This document shows, piece by piece, positions 32,911-45,000 of a stretch of DNA of 64,000 bases. The DNA comes from Podarcis bocagei. Lineage: Eukaryota. Location: NCBI GenBank assembly GCA_964188305.1, contig OZ076896.1. One strand, written 5' to 3'. How positions within the stretch are numbered: position 1 is the stretch's first letter; every line of letters starts with the position of its first letter. The position numbers and the translations under genes were made by a program. The notes beneath the pieces were generated by a model, which was not told the origin of the DNA, made no database searches, and was given only the letters and a program-made list of their open reading frames with translations.

Positions 32911-33014
32911 ATGGAAGAAGATACTAGTCCTCTTCTGGTCCCTGTTGGAGGTGATGAAAATGACATTGGAGCCCTCAATATTCAATTTAACCCAGAAGAC
33001 TTTAAATACAAAAG
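32911..33014 (+). CDS. SLC38A9: SLC38A9 first coding exon (acceptor probably at 32867)
   Basis: [35 protein letters not shown]; /gtgag. Confidence 0.88.
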
Positions 33015-36000
33015 GTGAGAGGAAATAAATACTTAAGATCTCTTTTACTGCTGTTCATTAGTATTTTTGGTCTGGCTTCATATTTTCTGCATTTTGATGC
33101 TACTTCCTGCAATTTATCCTCCAGCTCAGTAACCTCTTAACTTGAATGTTACTTGTAGAATGGCTATAACACTTGTGTTGCATCAGGATATCTGCTGGAT
33201 TTAGGTAAAATGTATTATGATTTGAACTGAATAGGTGTCTTGCTTCTGTCCTCTGTAATCTAAACGAGTTCCTGAGTTTCCCACATGCGGTAGCAGTAGC
33301 ACTGACTGGGAAAAAGTCGAAAGGCATGTTTGAGTATTTGCCTGAAGACACAAATGCTAAACTTGTCCATAGAGATAGGGGCAAGCTCCATCTCCCATTA
33401 CAATAATCTTTATTGTCACTGTCACATACAGAACAACGAAACTGAAAAAAAATCTATATCAGACATTAAAAAAACAACAAGCCTGATATCCCAGCTATCC
33501 CAGCCCCCTAAAAACTCTGATAAAAGGTAAAGGGGCCCCTGACCATTAGGTCCAGTCGTGGCTGACTCTGGGGTTGCGGAGCTCATCTCGCTTTATTGGC
33601 CGAGGGAGCCGGCGTACAGCTTCCGGGTCATATGGCCAGCATGACTAAGCCGCTTCTGGCGAACCAGAGCAGCGCACGGAAATGCCGTTTACCTTCCCGC
33701 TGGAGCGGTACCTATTTATCTACTTGCACTTTGCGTGCTTTCAAACTGCTAGGTTGGCAGGAGCAGGGACTGAGCAATGAGAGCTCACCCCGTCGCGGGG
33801 ATTCAAACTGCCGACCTTCTGATCGGCAAGCCCTAGGCTCTGTGGTTTAACCCGCAGCTGATACCCCATAATTAAATACAATATACTCCCATAGAGACTA
33901 CCTTACACTGCGTTTAAAACCAAAATCACATGTGGATAGAAACTGTTTCTCAGGTGGCTAGTCCTAGTCTTTATAACCCTGTACCTTCTTCCAGAAGGCA
34001 GAAGCTGAAAGAGATCATTTTCCTGGTATATGTTTCCTGACTGCTCAGGCAGGCAGGAGTACTTTGAGCAGGAGAGGTCTGCAGATGTTTTTTTTACTCT
34101 CATTCACCTGAACATGAGTAAAACCCTTTGTGTTATCAGTGATCCTGACAAAGCAGGCTTCCCTGATCTACTCACATTCAAGCAAACTCCCCCACAGACC
34201 TTTATTGCTCAACACAGACAAGGTCAGGGGATGGGGCTTGCATGCATGTCCCCAACCCCACCCCCCTTACACAGATTCAAGCAAACACACCTAAAGCTTA
34301 GGAGCATTGAACATGCCTTTAAGTTAAGTGGCATTGTGTACAGTGGTGCCTCGCAAGACGAAATTAATCCATTCCGCGAGTCTCTTCGTCTAGCGGTTTT
34401 TTCGTCTTGCGAAGCACCCGGATTAGTGGTTTAGCGGCTATTAAAGGCTTAGCGGATTAGCGGCTAAAAGGCTATTAGCGGCTTAGAAAAAGGGGGGGGG
34501 AGCGTAAAAAAAAATCGGAACACTTGCAAGACGTTTTCGTCTTGCAAAGCAAGCCCATAGGGAAAATCGTCTTGCGAAGCAGCTCAAAAACGGAAAACCC
34601 TTTCGTCTAGCGGGTTTTCCGTCTTGCGAGGCATTCGTCTTGCAGGGCACCACTGTACTGTTCCAATCACAGCTTGCAGATGCAATTTGCAAAGTGCAAT
34701 ATCAAGGCATGTTGACCCTTCACAGGGTCAAGCTCCACAAAGAAGACTTTGCGATCAGCTGTGATTTGGGATGGCTTGATGGGAAGAAAAGGCAGTGCTC
34801 CTGCACCTTTAATCCTTGTGTAGAAGAGGGAATTTAGGCGGGTGTAGCTTGTCACAGGACCTGATAAATTATGTGTGTGAATCAGCTCTAAAAAGCAGCA
34901 GAGGTGGGGAATATAATTTTGCAGTAATAATTAGTTAGCAGTGTGTTTTTGGAAAGTTAGGAAGCTTGTGGCCCACCAGCTAATACTTTTTGAGAATACT
35001 TGTTCTTGTAGACTTAGATAGACGTGTGCTTGGGGGGTAATTTGCTATATGTTAAAAGAGCATACAGTCAGGTAATAGAAGTCTGCATGGGAGCCACTTA
35101 GTGCTGTCTCAGTTTGGGAGGTCTTCAAGGTAATGTTTAATCCATATTGTTCAAATGTTGATACTGTTCCCTTGGTTTCCTTAAGTAGAAGCTGCTCGAG
35201 TATCTGTAAATTGCTGTTTTGGGGGACAGTTTCATTGGTATTTAGTTAGCTGGCGTGACACTGTTGTAGCTAAAAGAAAAAGCGTGTGTGGTTTTTGTGC
35301 TTCTTTCCTTCCATAATTGATCACTATCTTTGTGGTTATGATGTGGTTCCATGCAACAAATGATACAGAGCAAGTGAGATTGTATCTTTTCAAATAGGCC
35401 AATTGATTTCTAAACATATGAGTCTCCTCTTGTACTCTTTGTGTCTTTTAAAAAACTATTATGATTTTTAATTTGTTTTGTAAGCGATGTTGAGGTTTTC
35501 AGTCAGTGTTGCTATCTTTTAGGCAGGATTCAAGCCTAGCCACCTCCCTGACATTTATCTGTATAGAGGAAATCTTTTCATACAGAGCCTGTGAAAGCTT
35601 AGGCCTTAGTAAATTTGTTAGGTGCTACAGAACTCTGTTATATTTGTATGAAGGGAATATTCAGCCATGTGAACCCCATCTGCATTCCCTCTAAATAAGC
35701 AGGTGGCTGAGAGTCCACCTGGATCTAGCATTGCTGCTGGAGGTGTAAGTGACCCCTGCAGCTAAGAGTGTCTTTTATGAATTGCAGGGGCTTCAGCAAC
35801 AAAGTAAAATGTAAGATTGGATTAACAACAGATAAATTAATAAGATATGAATTTGCTGAATTAATTTCTAAAAAGGGATACAAGAATGGGAGACGTGAGG
35901 AAGTCGGGAAAATAAGTTAATTGAAGATGAGAAATTAAGAAAGAGGGAATTTTTGTTTTTTTTTAATATATGTGTTTTTATCTCTTTTTTCTTCTCTTTT

Positions 36001-39000
36001 TTTGATGTGTTTAATGTTTGTATTTTTGTATTGTATTGTTTTTTTGTGTGTGTGTCATTTTGTATTTTCTTTGTCTTTGTATGCTTTTTTATTGCGGAAA
36101 CTTAATAATTTTTTTTTTTTTTAAAAAAGAGTGTCTTTTACTAGCTTTTACACCTGAGAGCCAGTGTGGTGTAGTGGTTAAGAGCAGTAGACTCGTAATC
36201 TGGGGAATCAGGTTAGTGTCCCTGCTCCTCCACATGCAGCTGCTGGGTGACCTTGGGCTAAGCACACTTCTTTGAAGTCTCTCAGCCCCACTCACCTCAC
36301 AGAGTGTTTGTTGTGGGGGAGGAAGGGAAAGGAGAATGTTAGCTGCTTTGAGACTCCTTCGGGTAGTGATAAAGCGGGATATCAAATCCAAACTCCTCTT
36401 CTTCTTTAGCTGGTACACCAGCTGTAGTCATTCCAGGCCATGGATAGTGTGGCTATAATGACTCATGCATTGGATTACTGCAATGTGCTCTAAGGGGCTG
36501 CCCTCAAAGCTGCTTTGGAAGTTGCAGCTAGTGCAGAATGTGGCAGCTAGATTGCTGAGGAGGAGAGAATTTGCAGAGTAGGAGAGAGTTTCATCATCAT
36601 ACAACATCAATTTTGATGGGACTGCTCTGGCTGCCTGGGTGCTGGCAAGCAAAATTTAAGGTGTTTTGGTTAACCTAAAAGGCTCCATTCACCTTTAAGC
36701 AACTACTCTCCCAAACAGACCTGCTCACAAATTGAGATCTTCAGCAGAGGCCCAGCAGCCAGCTAAGGTTCATTATGGCATCAGCCTGAGCTTTCTTTGT
36801 GATGACACCTAAATTGTGCTTCCAGTATTAAAGGCAGTGTACTGGGGGACATGAGCAAGAAAATGCTACTTTACTCATATCTGACTCATAGGCTTTTGAT
36901 AAGCATCTGGTTGGGCATTGTGGGAACCAAATGCTGGACTATTTTGTTCCATTATCAACCTCTAATGTTAGTCTTCTGTTGATTATGGCTTTAAAGACTA
37001 TTATGTTTTTTATTTCTCTTCCAGGCCATTCCATATAGAACCTACAAATATTGTTACTGTGAATGATGATACGCAGAGAATTACAGATGAAGCTTCAGCA
37101 ATGAATAAGCGGATTCATTACTACAGCAGGCTTGCGTCGCCCTCAGATAGAGCACTGGTAAGCAAAAGACAAGTTATTGCAAAACTCCCAGGTGTGGGAG
37201 CACCAAACAAACTATGAGGTGTAACCAAGGTTTGCTCGTCTTACCACTCATTGCTTGTTTGGCCAAGACAAACCCCAAGTTCAGGTTCACATAAAACACT
37301 AAGCTGGAGTAAGTCCCAGTACTTAGTCCCCAGTAGTGCAGCAGGATGGGGAGAGAAGCGAAGAGGTAGCAGCTTTTGTAACAGTACATCAGCCCACTTA
37401 CTCATTCACACTTAACCATGGTTTGGCTTATCACTGGGCTGATTAACACCATCCATTCAAAGCACATGGTGTCCTCCCCAAAAAATAATTATGGGGACTG
37501 TAGTTCAAGACTGCTGTGAATTGTAGTTCTGTGAGGGGGTAAACTACAGTACCCAAGCTGCTTTAGGAGAAACCATGTGCCTTAATTGTATAATATGGGA
37601 ATGAGTCAATTGTCTTATTATATTTTATAGCTTGGGCTACCATATTATGGACGCTCACCTAGGAGTAAACTCCATTTAATTCATTTCGATTTACAGTACT
37701 TTTAGGATTGTAAGTGTTGGACAGCAGACATAGGCACTTAACATTTCTCTTTTTTTCATTCTTTTACTTTTGCCAGGTTTTTTTTCCCTTTCAGTTTTTA
37801 AAAGCTCCCCTCCCACACAACATAGAAGCTCAAATATTAAATAACATTTGCACTGTTGCATTTCAAGTAAGCTTTGTTGAATTCAATGGGCAGAACTTGC
37901 TTAAAACTGGGATTGAAGTGCCTTCTTGAATTCTTCTGCGAATACAGGAATACTGTATTGCAGCACCAGAGACTTACACTGTCACTAAGGCCTTGTGTTC
38001 TCATCTTTTGTTAGGTGGCTCCTGATCACGTACTTCCTGCTCCAGAAGAAATCTACGTGTATAGTCCATTAGGAACGGCTTACAAAATAGATGGCTGTAC
38101 AGATGGTTACGGCAAAAACTCAAGCATAGTAACTATGTATGTGAAATGCTTTCCAAGCATGGTAGATATGAAGTACATTATTTGTCACAAATTCATAATA
38201 CGTAGAAAAAGCTTCCGCAATCAGTTTTAGTTTCTCATATTTTTACGTGTGCATGTTTTCTCCCTTCAGATTTATGATCTGGAATACAATGATGGGTACA
38301 TCTATATTAAGTATTCCCTGGGGAATAAAACAGGTAAGGCAACTTACAGGTGTGTCAAGGTCAATCTTAATGCAGCAATGTGTGGGTGTAATTTAATTTG
38401 CATCAATGTCACAATATGCTAATCCTTTTTTCATTTTAAAAAACAGGCTGGATTTACCTCTGGAATTGTTATTATTTTGTTAATGGGAGTATTGACACTT
38501 TACTGTTGCTACAGAGTTGTGAAATCGAGGACAATGATACGTAAGTATGAGTTTCAGTACTATTTATCTGTGTGATTGTGGTGTTCTGCTACAGGGACTT
38601 ATTTCCACATTGATTTTTGCAGTGTAGGCAGTCAGACATGTTCTATAGCGCATGCTCAGTTCTCATGATGCACCGATCCTAGAGCTATTTCGCCTAGGTG
38701 TGTATAACTGAAAGTGTGCATTAAAACACCCAATTCCATTGTGGCTGTACACAGCCAGGGGAGACTGCTCACTGCTTCTAGTGCTCTTTCAATAAGGAAA
38801 ACATTCCTGATATCCTGGAGTAGCTCTTAAACAGGACTGGCATTGGCACATGACCCTCTTGGGCAGCTGCTGGCTTCTCAGCAGGGCCCACCATCAATGC
38901 CCTAGAACCTGCCCTTGTATCCTCTCTGGGAGCCACCATCTTAATGTATTGCTGCGCCCTGGAGTTGAAGACATTGTAGTTCTACAATACTCATACTTAC

Positions 39001-42000
39001 GGGACCGCCTCTCCTGGTATGTCCTGCAGAGGGCCCTAAGGTCCATGAATAATAATAGCTCAAAGGTCCTGGGCCCTAAGGAAGCTACACTATCCTCCAC
39101 CAGGGCCAGGGCTTTTTCAGTGACGGCTCCGACCTGGTGGAATGCTCTGTCCCACGAGACTAGGGCCCTGCAGGGCCTGTAAGGCAGAGCTATTCCGCCT
39201 TCAATTTGAATTAGCCTGATCCTCTATTCCCTTTTCCCTTTCCTCTTCTATGAAAAAACCCTTTCTGGGACCCCACATTTAAATTCTTCCCTGGTCTCCT
39301 TGCTGGCCCTAGTAGGACCAACTTGGCCAGTTAGCCCTGGTGATCGTTCGATGTCTACTGACTGGTTCCCCCCCCCCCCCCGAAGTTTTGAATTTTATTG
39401 ATATTGATGCTGCATTTTTGTTGTATTTTATGCTGTTTTAAGTTGTTTTAAGTTGCATTTTAATCAATGTTTTATATTTGCTATTAGCTGCCCCGAGCCC
39501 GGTTTTTAAACCAGGAAGAGTGGGGTATAAATGTTAAAAAATTGTATTTATTTATTTATAAAATAGTGACCCTAAGCTATTCCTGCCTGTTGTGGGGTGG
39601 GTTCCATCAGACAGAGATTACTGAGAACTCATTTTCATCAGGAGCAGTTCCAGCTGAATCTGCTTGATAATGGAACACTTGCTCTGTGCAATTCCACTTT
39701 GTTCTGAAAGCAAGCTATTAACCTTTTGCTATAAATGGCAATGAATAAGGGCTACTGCATGTGAGTAGGCTGTGTGGCAGGGACGCAGGAGTCTAATGCA
39801 ACAGTGAGGAACCTTTGGCGCTCTAGGTGTTGCTGGACTCCAATTCCCATCAACACCAGCCAGCATTGTCAATGGCTAGGGTTGATGGGAATTGTAGTCC
39901 ATCAATGTTTGGAAGCCCACAGGTTCCCCAATTGTGGTTTCGTAGACCTACGCAGAGTCACATTTCCTGTAACGCTGGCCAAAGGTTTTTGGTTTCCCTT
40001 TTCTTGTCACATACTGCAGTGACAGGAAAAGCCACAACTGATCTCACTGTTGTATCTGCCCCCCTTATTACTGTTAGTTCCTTACTGTTACTTTTTAAAG
40101 ATATAGCCTCCCTCTTGTGTGTGGGTGCACCATTTTTACTACAAAAGGATCCCCAGTCAGAGACTTAGGGTTGTATCCATGAGTAACTTAGGTCCATTAA
40201 TTCCAGTACTATGCCTGCTCATCGGTTGGATACACTCATCAAGTTTGTTATTGATACAAAGCTTTAACTTAATGCAATGTTTACTAGGTCTCTGGCGCTT
40301 AATAATTATTAACTTAGCAGAAATCTGACTTCATGCTTTTCTGTACCATTCCTGCAACCTTCACTTGGCAATCCTATGCGCAGTCCACCCAATATCTTAA
40401 AATCAAATTTATAAAGCCCATCTATACACAAGGTTCAGTTCAGGCCTTTTCTGGGCAAAATTCTCCCACCAGAGGAACCAATTAAGAACAATAAACATCT
40501 AGTCCGGTATCTATTCTCACCATGGGCAAACAGATGCTTGTGGGAAGCCTGCAAACTGACCATGCAAACAGTGCACTGCCCACCTGCGATTTCCTGCAGC
40601 TGGTATTCAGAAAGACATTCCTCATCTCCCTTGTTTTTAGAAGGCAAGTGAAAACATGCCTTCTAATACGTCAACAACCCTTCTTCTGTTTGCTGCTTGG
40701 TGGTTGCTATAATTGTATTTTAGATATTTTTGTTGCTATTTTAAAAACGTACGCTACCTTTATTTTTGCAAATAACTTTAAAAGCAATAGGCTTTTATTT
40801 CACTTTGTTAGGATGTTCAGCATCAATTGTTGAGAATCTGTGATATCTTAATGTTTAGGAATCTTCAGAATGCAAAGTATGTGTAAGCAGTAATGATTAG
40901 ATTATTGAATTCTAGTATTAACTCTATGCTTGATGTGTCCCGTCCCCCCCAGCTTTAATAGATACCTCAACTTGGGAATTCCCAGATGTTTGCAAGTATT
41001 ACTTTGGATCATTCGGTCAATGGTCTAGCCTTTTGTTTTCGTTGGTATCCCTTATTGGAGCCATGGTGGTTTACTGGGTCCTCATGTCCAATTTCCTTTA
41101 CAACACGGGGATATTTATTTATAGTAAGTGTGAACTTTTCTTTTAATTCCTTGCAGCTGGGCCTTGGTTTTTCCTACCTGGCAAATAATATGTAATAGTT
41201 CATAGCAGAACTCATGGCTGCATCTGTTAAAAGCTGTTTTGGTCTATGTTTCAGTGTGTGTAATTATGTGAGCGTTTATTGCAAGCCACTTTAGACACCG
41301 TCTGCTGTAGAAAAGTGTCATATACATAAAATAACTTGCAGTGCAATCCTGCACATGTCTTCTCGGGAGGAAGACTATGAGTTTTCTTCTTATTACTTTT
41401 TGTACTGGCCTTGCTTACATGTCGCTTTGAACAACAGCTGCCACATTGCCAGGTGCTCGGCTATGATTTGGCTTAGCGTTGTGCCTGAAACCAGACTTGT
41501 GGTTTGTCTCTCTCCAAACAAAGCATGAGTGGGCCAAGAACATAATCTGATTGCAGCTCATGGTTTGTCCGAAGAGAGACAAACCATGAGCTCAGGTTTG
41601 GATGTAACGCTAAGCCAAGCCATGCTTTACCTTGAAGTAGCATGGCATCATGACAAATGAAGCAGCTGTGATTGTTTTCCTGTGCCCCAGAATGCTGTGC
41701 ATTCCCCTTTAAATCATAGTTAAGGTTAACTGTGGTTTAAAATGACTTGCAAACCAAACCATCGTTGTTCATTTTTATAATCATCCTGAGAATATACTCA
41801 AAGGGCACTATAAAAATACTCTAAATAAATTTGCCCTTTAGAAAACCTGCTTATAAAACTCAAATATCACACTGAATAAGCTATTACAGTGTGCGTACTA
41901 AGATCTCTGAGAAAACAAACTTTTCTCTGTATAAACAAATGCACAATATTTGAAATAAATTATTATAGTAGTGCCCTTTATTAAGGATGCTGATTCCTAG

Positions 42001-45000
42001 GAATCTCTTCAACATTGCACATTGTGGTGCCCTGGAACTAATTTAAATGTTATGAAAACATGCAGGTCCTTATATTTTTTGGCCATCTTTTGAGATCTGA
42101 GCATCATTCTCAGGTGAGCTTCCCCCACCTAGTGTTCTCCAGATGTTTTGGGTTACAGACTGACTTGGGTTACAGTCCAAAACATCTGAAGGGCAGCAGT
42201 TTGGGGAGGCTGTTCAATGTTAACATTTTAATTTAAATATATCTTACATATATGCTTCTATATTCATCTTAAATATGTTTCCATACTATTTCAGATGCAT
42301 CATAGGAGTATATTTTAGAAGGCTGTTTAAATGGGTTTGGTGTTTGCACTAATCCTAAACATGTAGGCAAGTCTTAATTTGGCTTTTAGTAAATCGGAGT
42401 AGGCATAATTGGCTGATGTTTTAAAGTGGGCCACAGTCTTTCTTCATTGTGGAAACAGCAGGTGTTTTAAGCCATTTATCCAGCAGATGGCAATGTAGTT
42501 CACTATAGAAAGAAAAGTTAGCCCAGGCTAAGTTGCAGAATCACAGGTTTTTGTTTTTGTTTTAAAAAATGCTCCTTGGACTCTTGTAAGTATCTTTAAA
42601 TAGATTACGCTGTTGTTGTTTTTTAAAAGTTCTTGCTGCCTAATGATTGCAGAGATATTCTTGACAAAGTAATGACAAAAACACAAAAGGGTTTGGAACA
42701 GGCTTGCAAGTGAGCAGAGGTCTAGACATAATAAGAGCCAGGATTGCAGCAAGATCAGGCTCTTGTCCAGGGCCTACTGATCTAGTGCAAACCTGATAGA
42801 AATTCCTTACTGCTTTCCTGAAACTTGGGAGACAAGCAAGGAAGGATGGATTGAGGGTAATGGAACTGATGCAAATGACATATTCTCATTGCCTGGACAC
42901 AATTTTACTCTGAAAACACCAGATCCAGAAATTTTGCAGAGTGCTTGTAAGCATTAATTCTTTGGCTAGTTTATAATTTAAAAGTTGTATTTGATGTGAG
43001 ACTTTAATGTGGTATTACAGTATAATGTTAGGAGAGAAGAGGTGGGGAGAGAGAAGGAGGGGTAGTAAACTTACTACCGTATTTTTCGCTCTATAGGATG
43101 CACCCGACCATAAGACGCACCTAGTTTTCGAGGGGGAGAACAAGAAAAACAAGAAAAAAAAATTCTCTCCCTCTCTGCCCAGCGCCCCTTCAGCGAAGCG
43201 GCAGGAGAAGCGGAGCCCCTTCCAGTTCTCCTCCCGCTTCGCTGAAGGGGCGCTGCGCAGAGAAGGAAAGCTGTGCAGCGCCTCTCCAGCAAAGCGAAGC
43301 CAGGAGAGCAAGAGGGATCGGTGTGCACCGATTCCTCTTGCTCTCCTGAGGCTTCGGGCGGCTATCCCTGAAGTCACGAGAGCAAGGGGATCGGTGTGCT
43401 GCGCTCCGGAGGCTTTGCGTTGCTTTTGCCGAAGCCATGGAGCCTGCATTCGCTCCATAAGATGCACACACATTTCCCCTTAATTTTTGGAGGGGGAAAA
43501 GTGCATCTTATAGAGCGAAAAACATGGTAGTTTCCATTGCCATTGAGAGAGGTTGTGGAGGCCCAGGGCATGGTTGGTTGCCTTCAGTGGACTGCAGTGA
43601 GTTTTGTTTGCTTTTCATCACTCCACCCCACTGGCTTGCAATCCCAGGTCTAACCTGGGTGCCCTTTTTCCTGACCTGGAAGCTACCTCTCCCAATTATT
43701 TTGTTGTGCTTACACAGAAGCAAGTGGGAGTTGCTGTGCATGTGAACCTCTCACTTCATATGCCCAAGGGCATTGTAAACAAGGTCCAGTGGTGGTGGTG
43801 AACATTGGCACAAATTCAGTGCTGTAGATCAGGGATGGGGAAGCCGGTGCCCTCCAGATGTTGTTGAATTGATTGGGCTTGATGGGAGTTGGGAGTTTAC
43901 CAACATCTGGAGGAGTAGAACAGAACTGTGGGAAGGTTGTTTTTTGTTGTTAAAACCTAAAACGACACTGCAGCTTCAGAAATAGTAGTCCTCTGCATGT
44001 TGCTTTCAGCATGCATCCTGTTTGTTCCAAGATACACCTCAGAAGAAACTAGCTGCAGGGCTGAGATGTTCCTAAGTTGTTTGTCTTCCTTTCCCTCTTT
44101 AGATTATGCTCATCATATTAATGTAACGGATATTGTTCCTGGTACAAATGGGAGCACTAAAGGTAAGTTTCCAATCCCCCTCCCCTAATTCTCTCTCTCT
44201 CTTTCAATAAATAGTATTTATACTAAGATTCAAAGCATCTTTCAGTATTTTAAAAACATTATTTTAGAATATAAAGTAATGAAAGCAAACTGCTTAAAAG
44301 TGATAGATAAAATACAATAAAATACTTTTAGAATCAGAGGGATGCATCTCCAAGAGATTTTATGCAGTAATTAGGTCTATCCTGAATGACTAACATTAAC
44401 CAAAAATAAAATTGGCTGAAAATAGTAAAATATTGCAGAAGTTTCTTTCCCAGGTTTATTTAAAAACCACATTAATAACAATCCTGATTGCAAATAGTAA
44501 CTTCCAAAAATATAGTTTATAGGGTTCTGTGTTTGCGTCGAAAGCTGTGTGAAAAATAATAATCAGTTTGTCACTCCCTTCCCCCTCAATCCAGAAAAGA
44601 GTTTCATGTGAATTACTGCAGTACTGTCAACTTTCTCTCAAAACAGTAACTATTATGCAGACAATGGAGAGTAAACAGACTTGCAAAAATAACGCTGATG
44701 ACTCGGTCGTGTCCATTGGCTTTTCTGAAACATGACCAACTGCTTTGTGCTTAAGGGCATTGTAACCGGCTTGGCATGCAGCCAGTGTGGGATGAAAAGA
44801 TTTGCTCTAGGAAAATTCCACAGAATACTTAGTTAGACCACGCTCTGCACATAAATCACAGCTGTTTACTAATGACAGCTGCTTGCATCAGACCCCAGAA
44901 ATGGTAATCTTGTACTTCACAGGTCACTGACGAAGGTCACATGACAATAGCAGGTTAGAGTGCTTTAACCTGAATCTGAATCAATTGCATCTAAAGTGGG

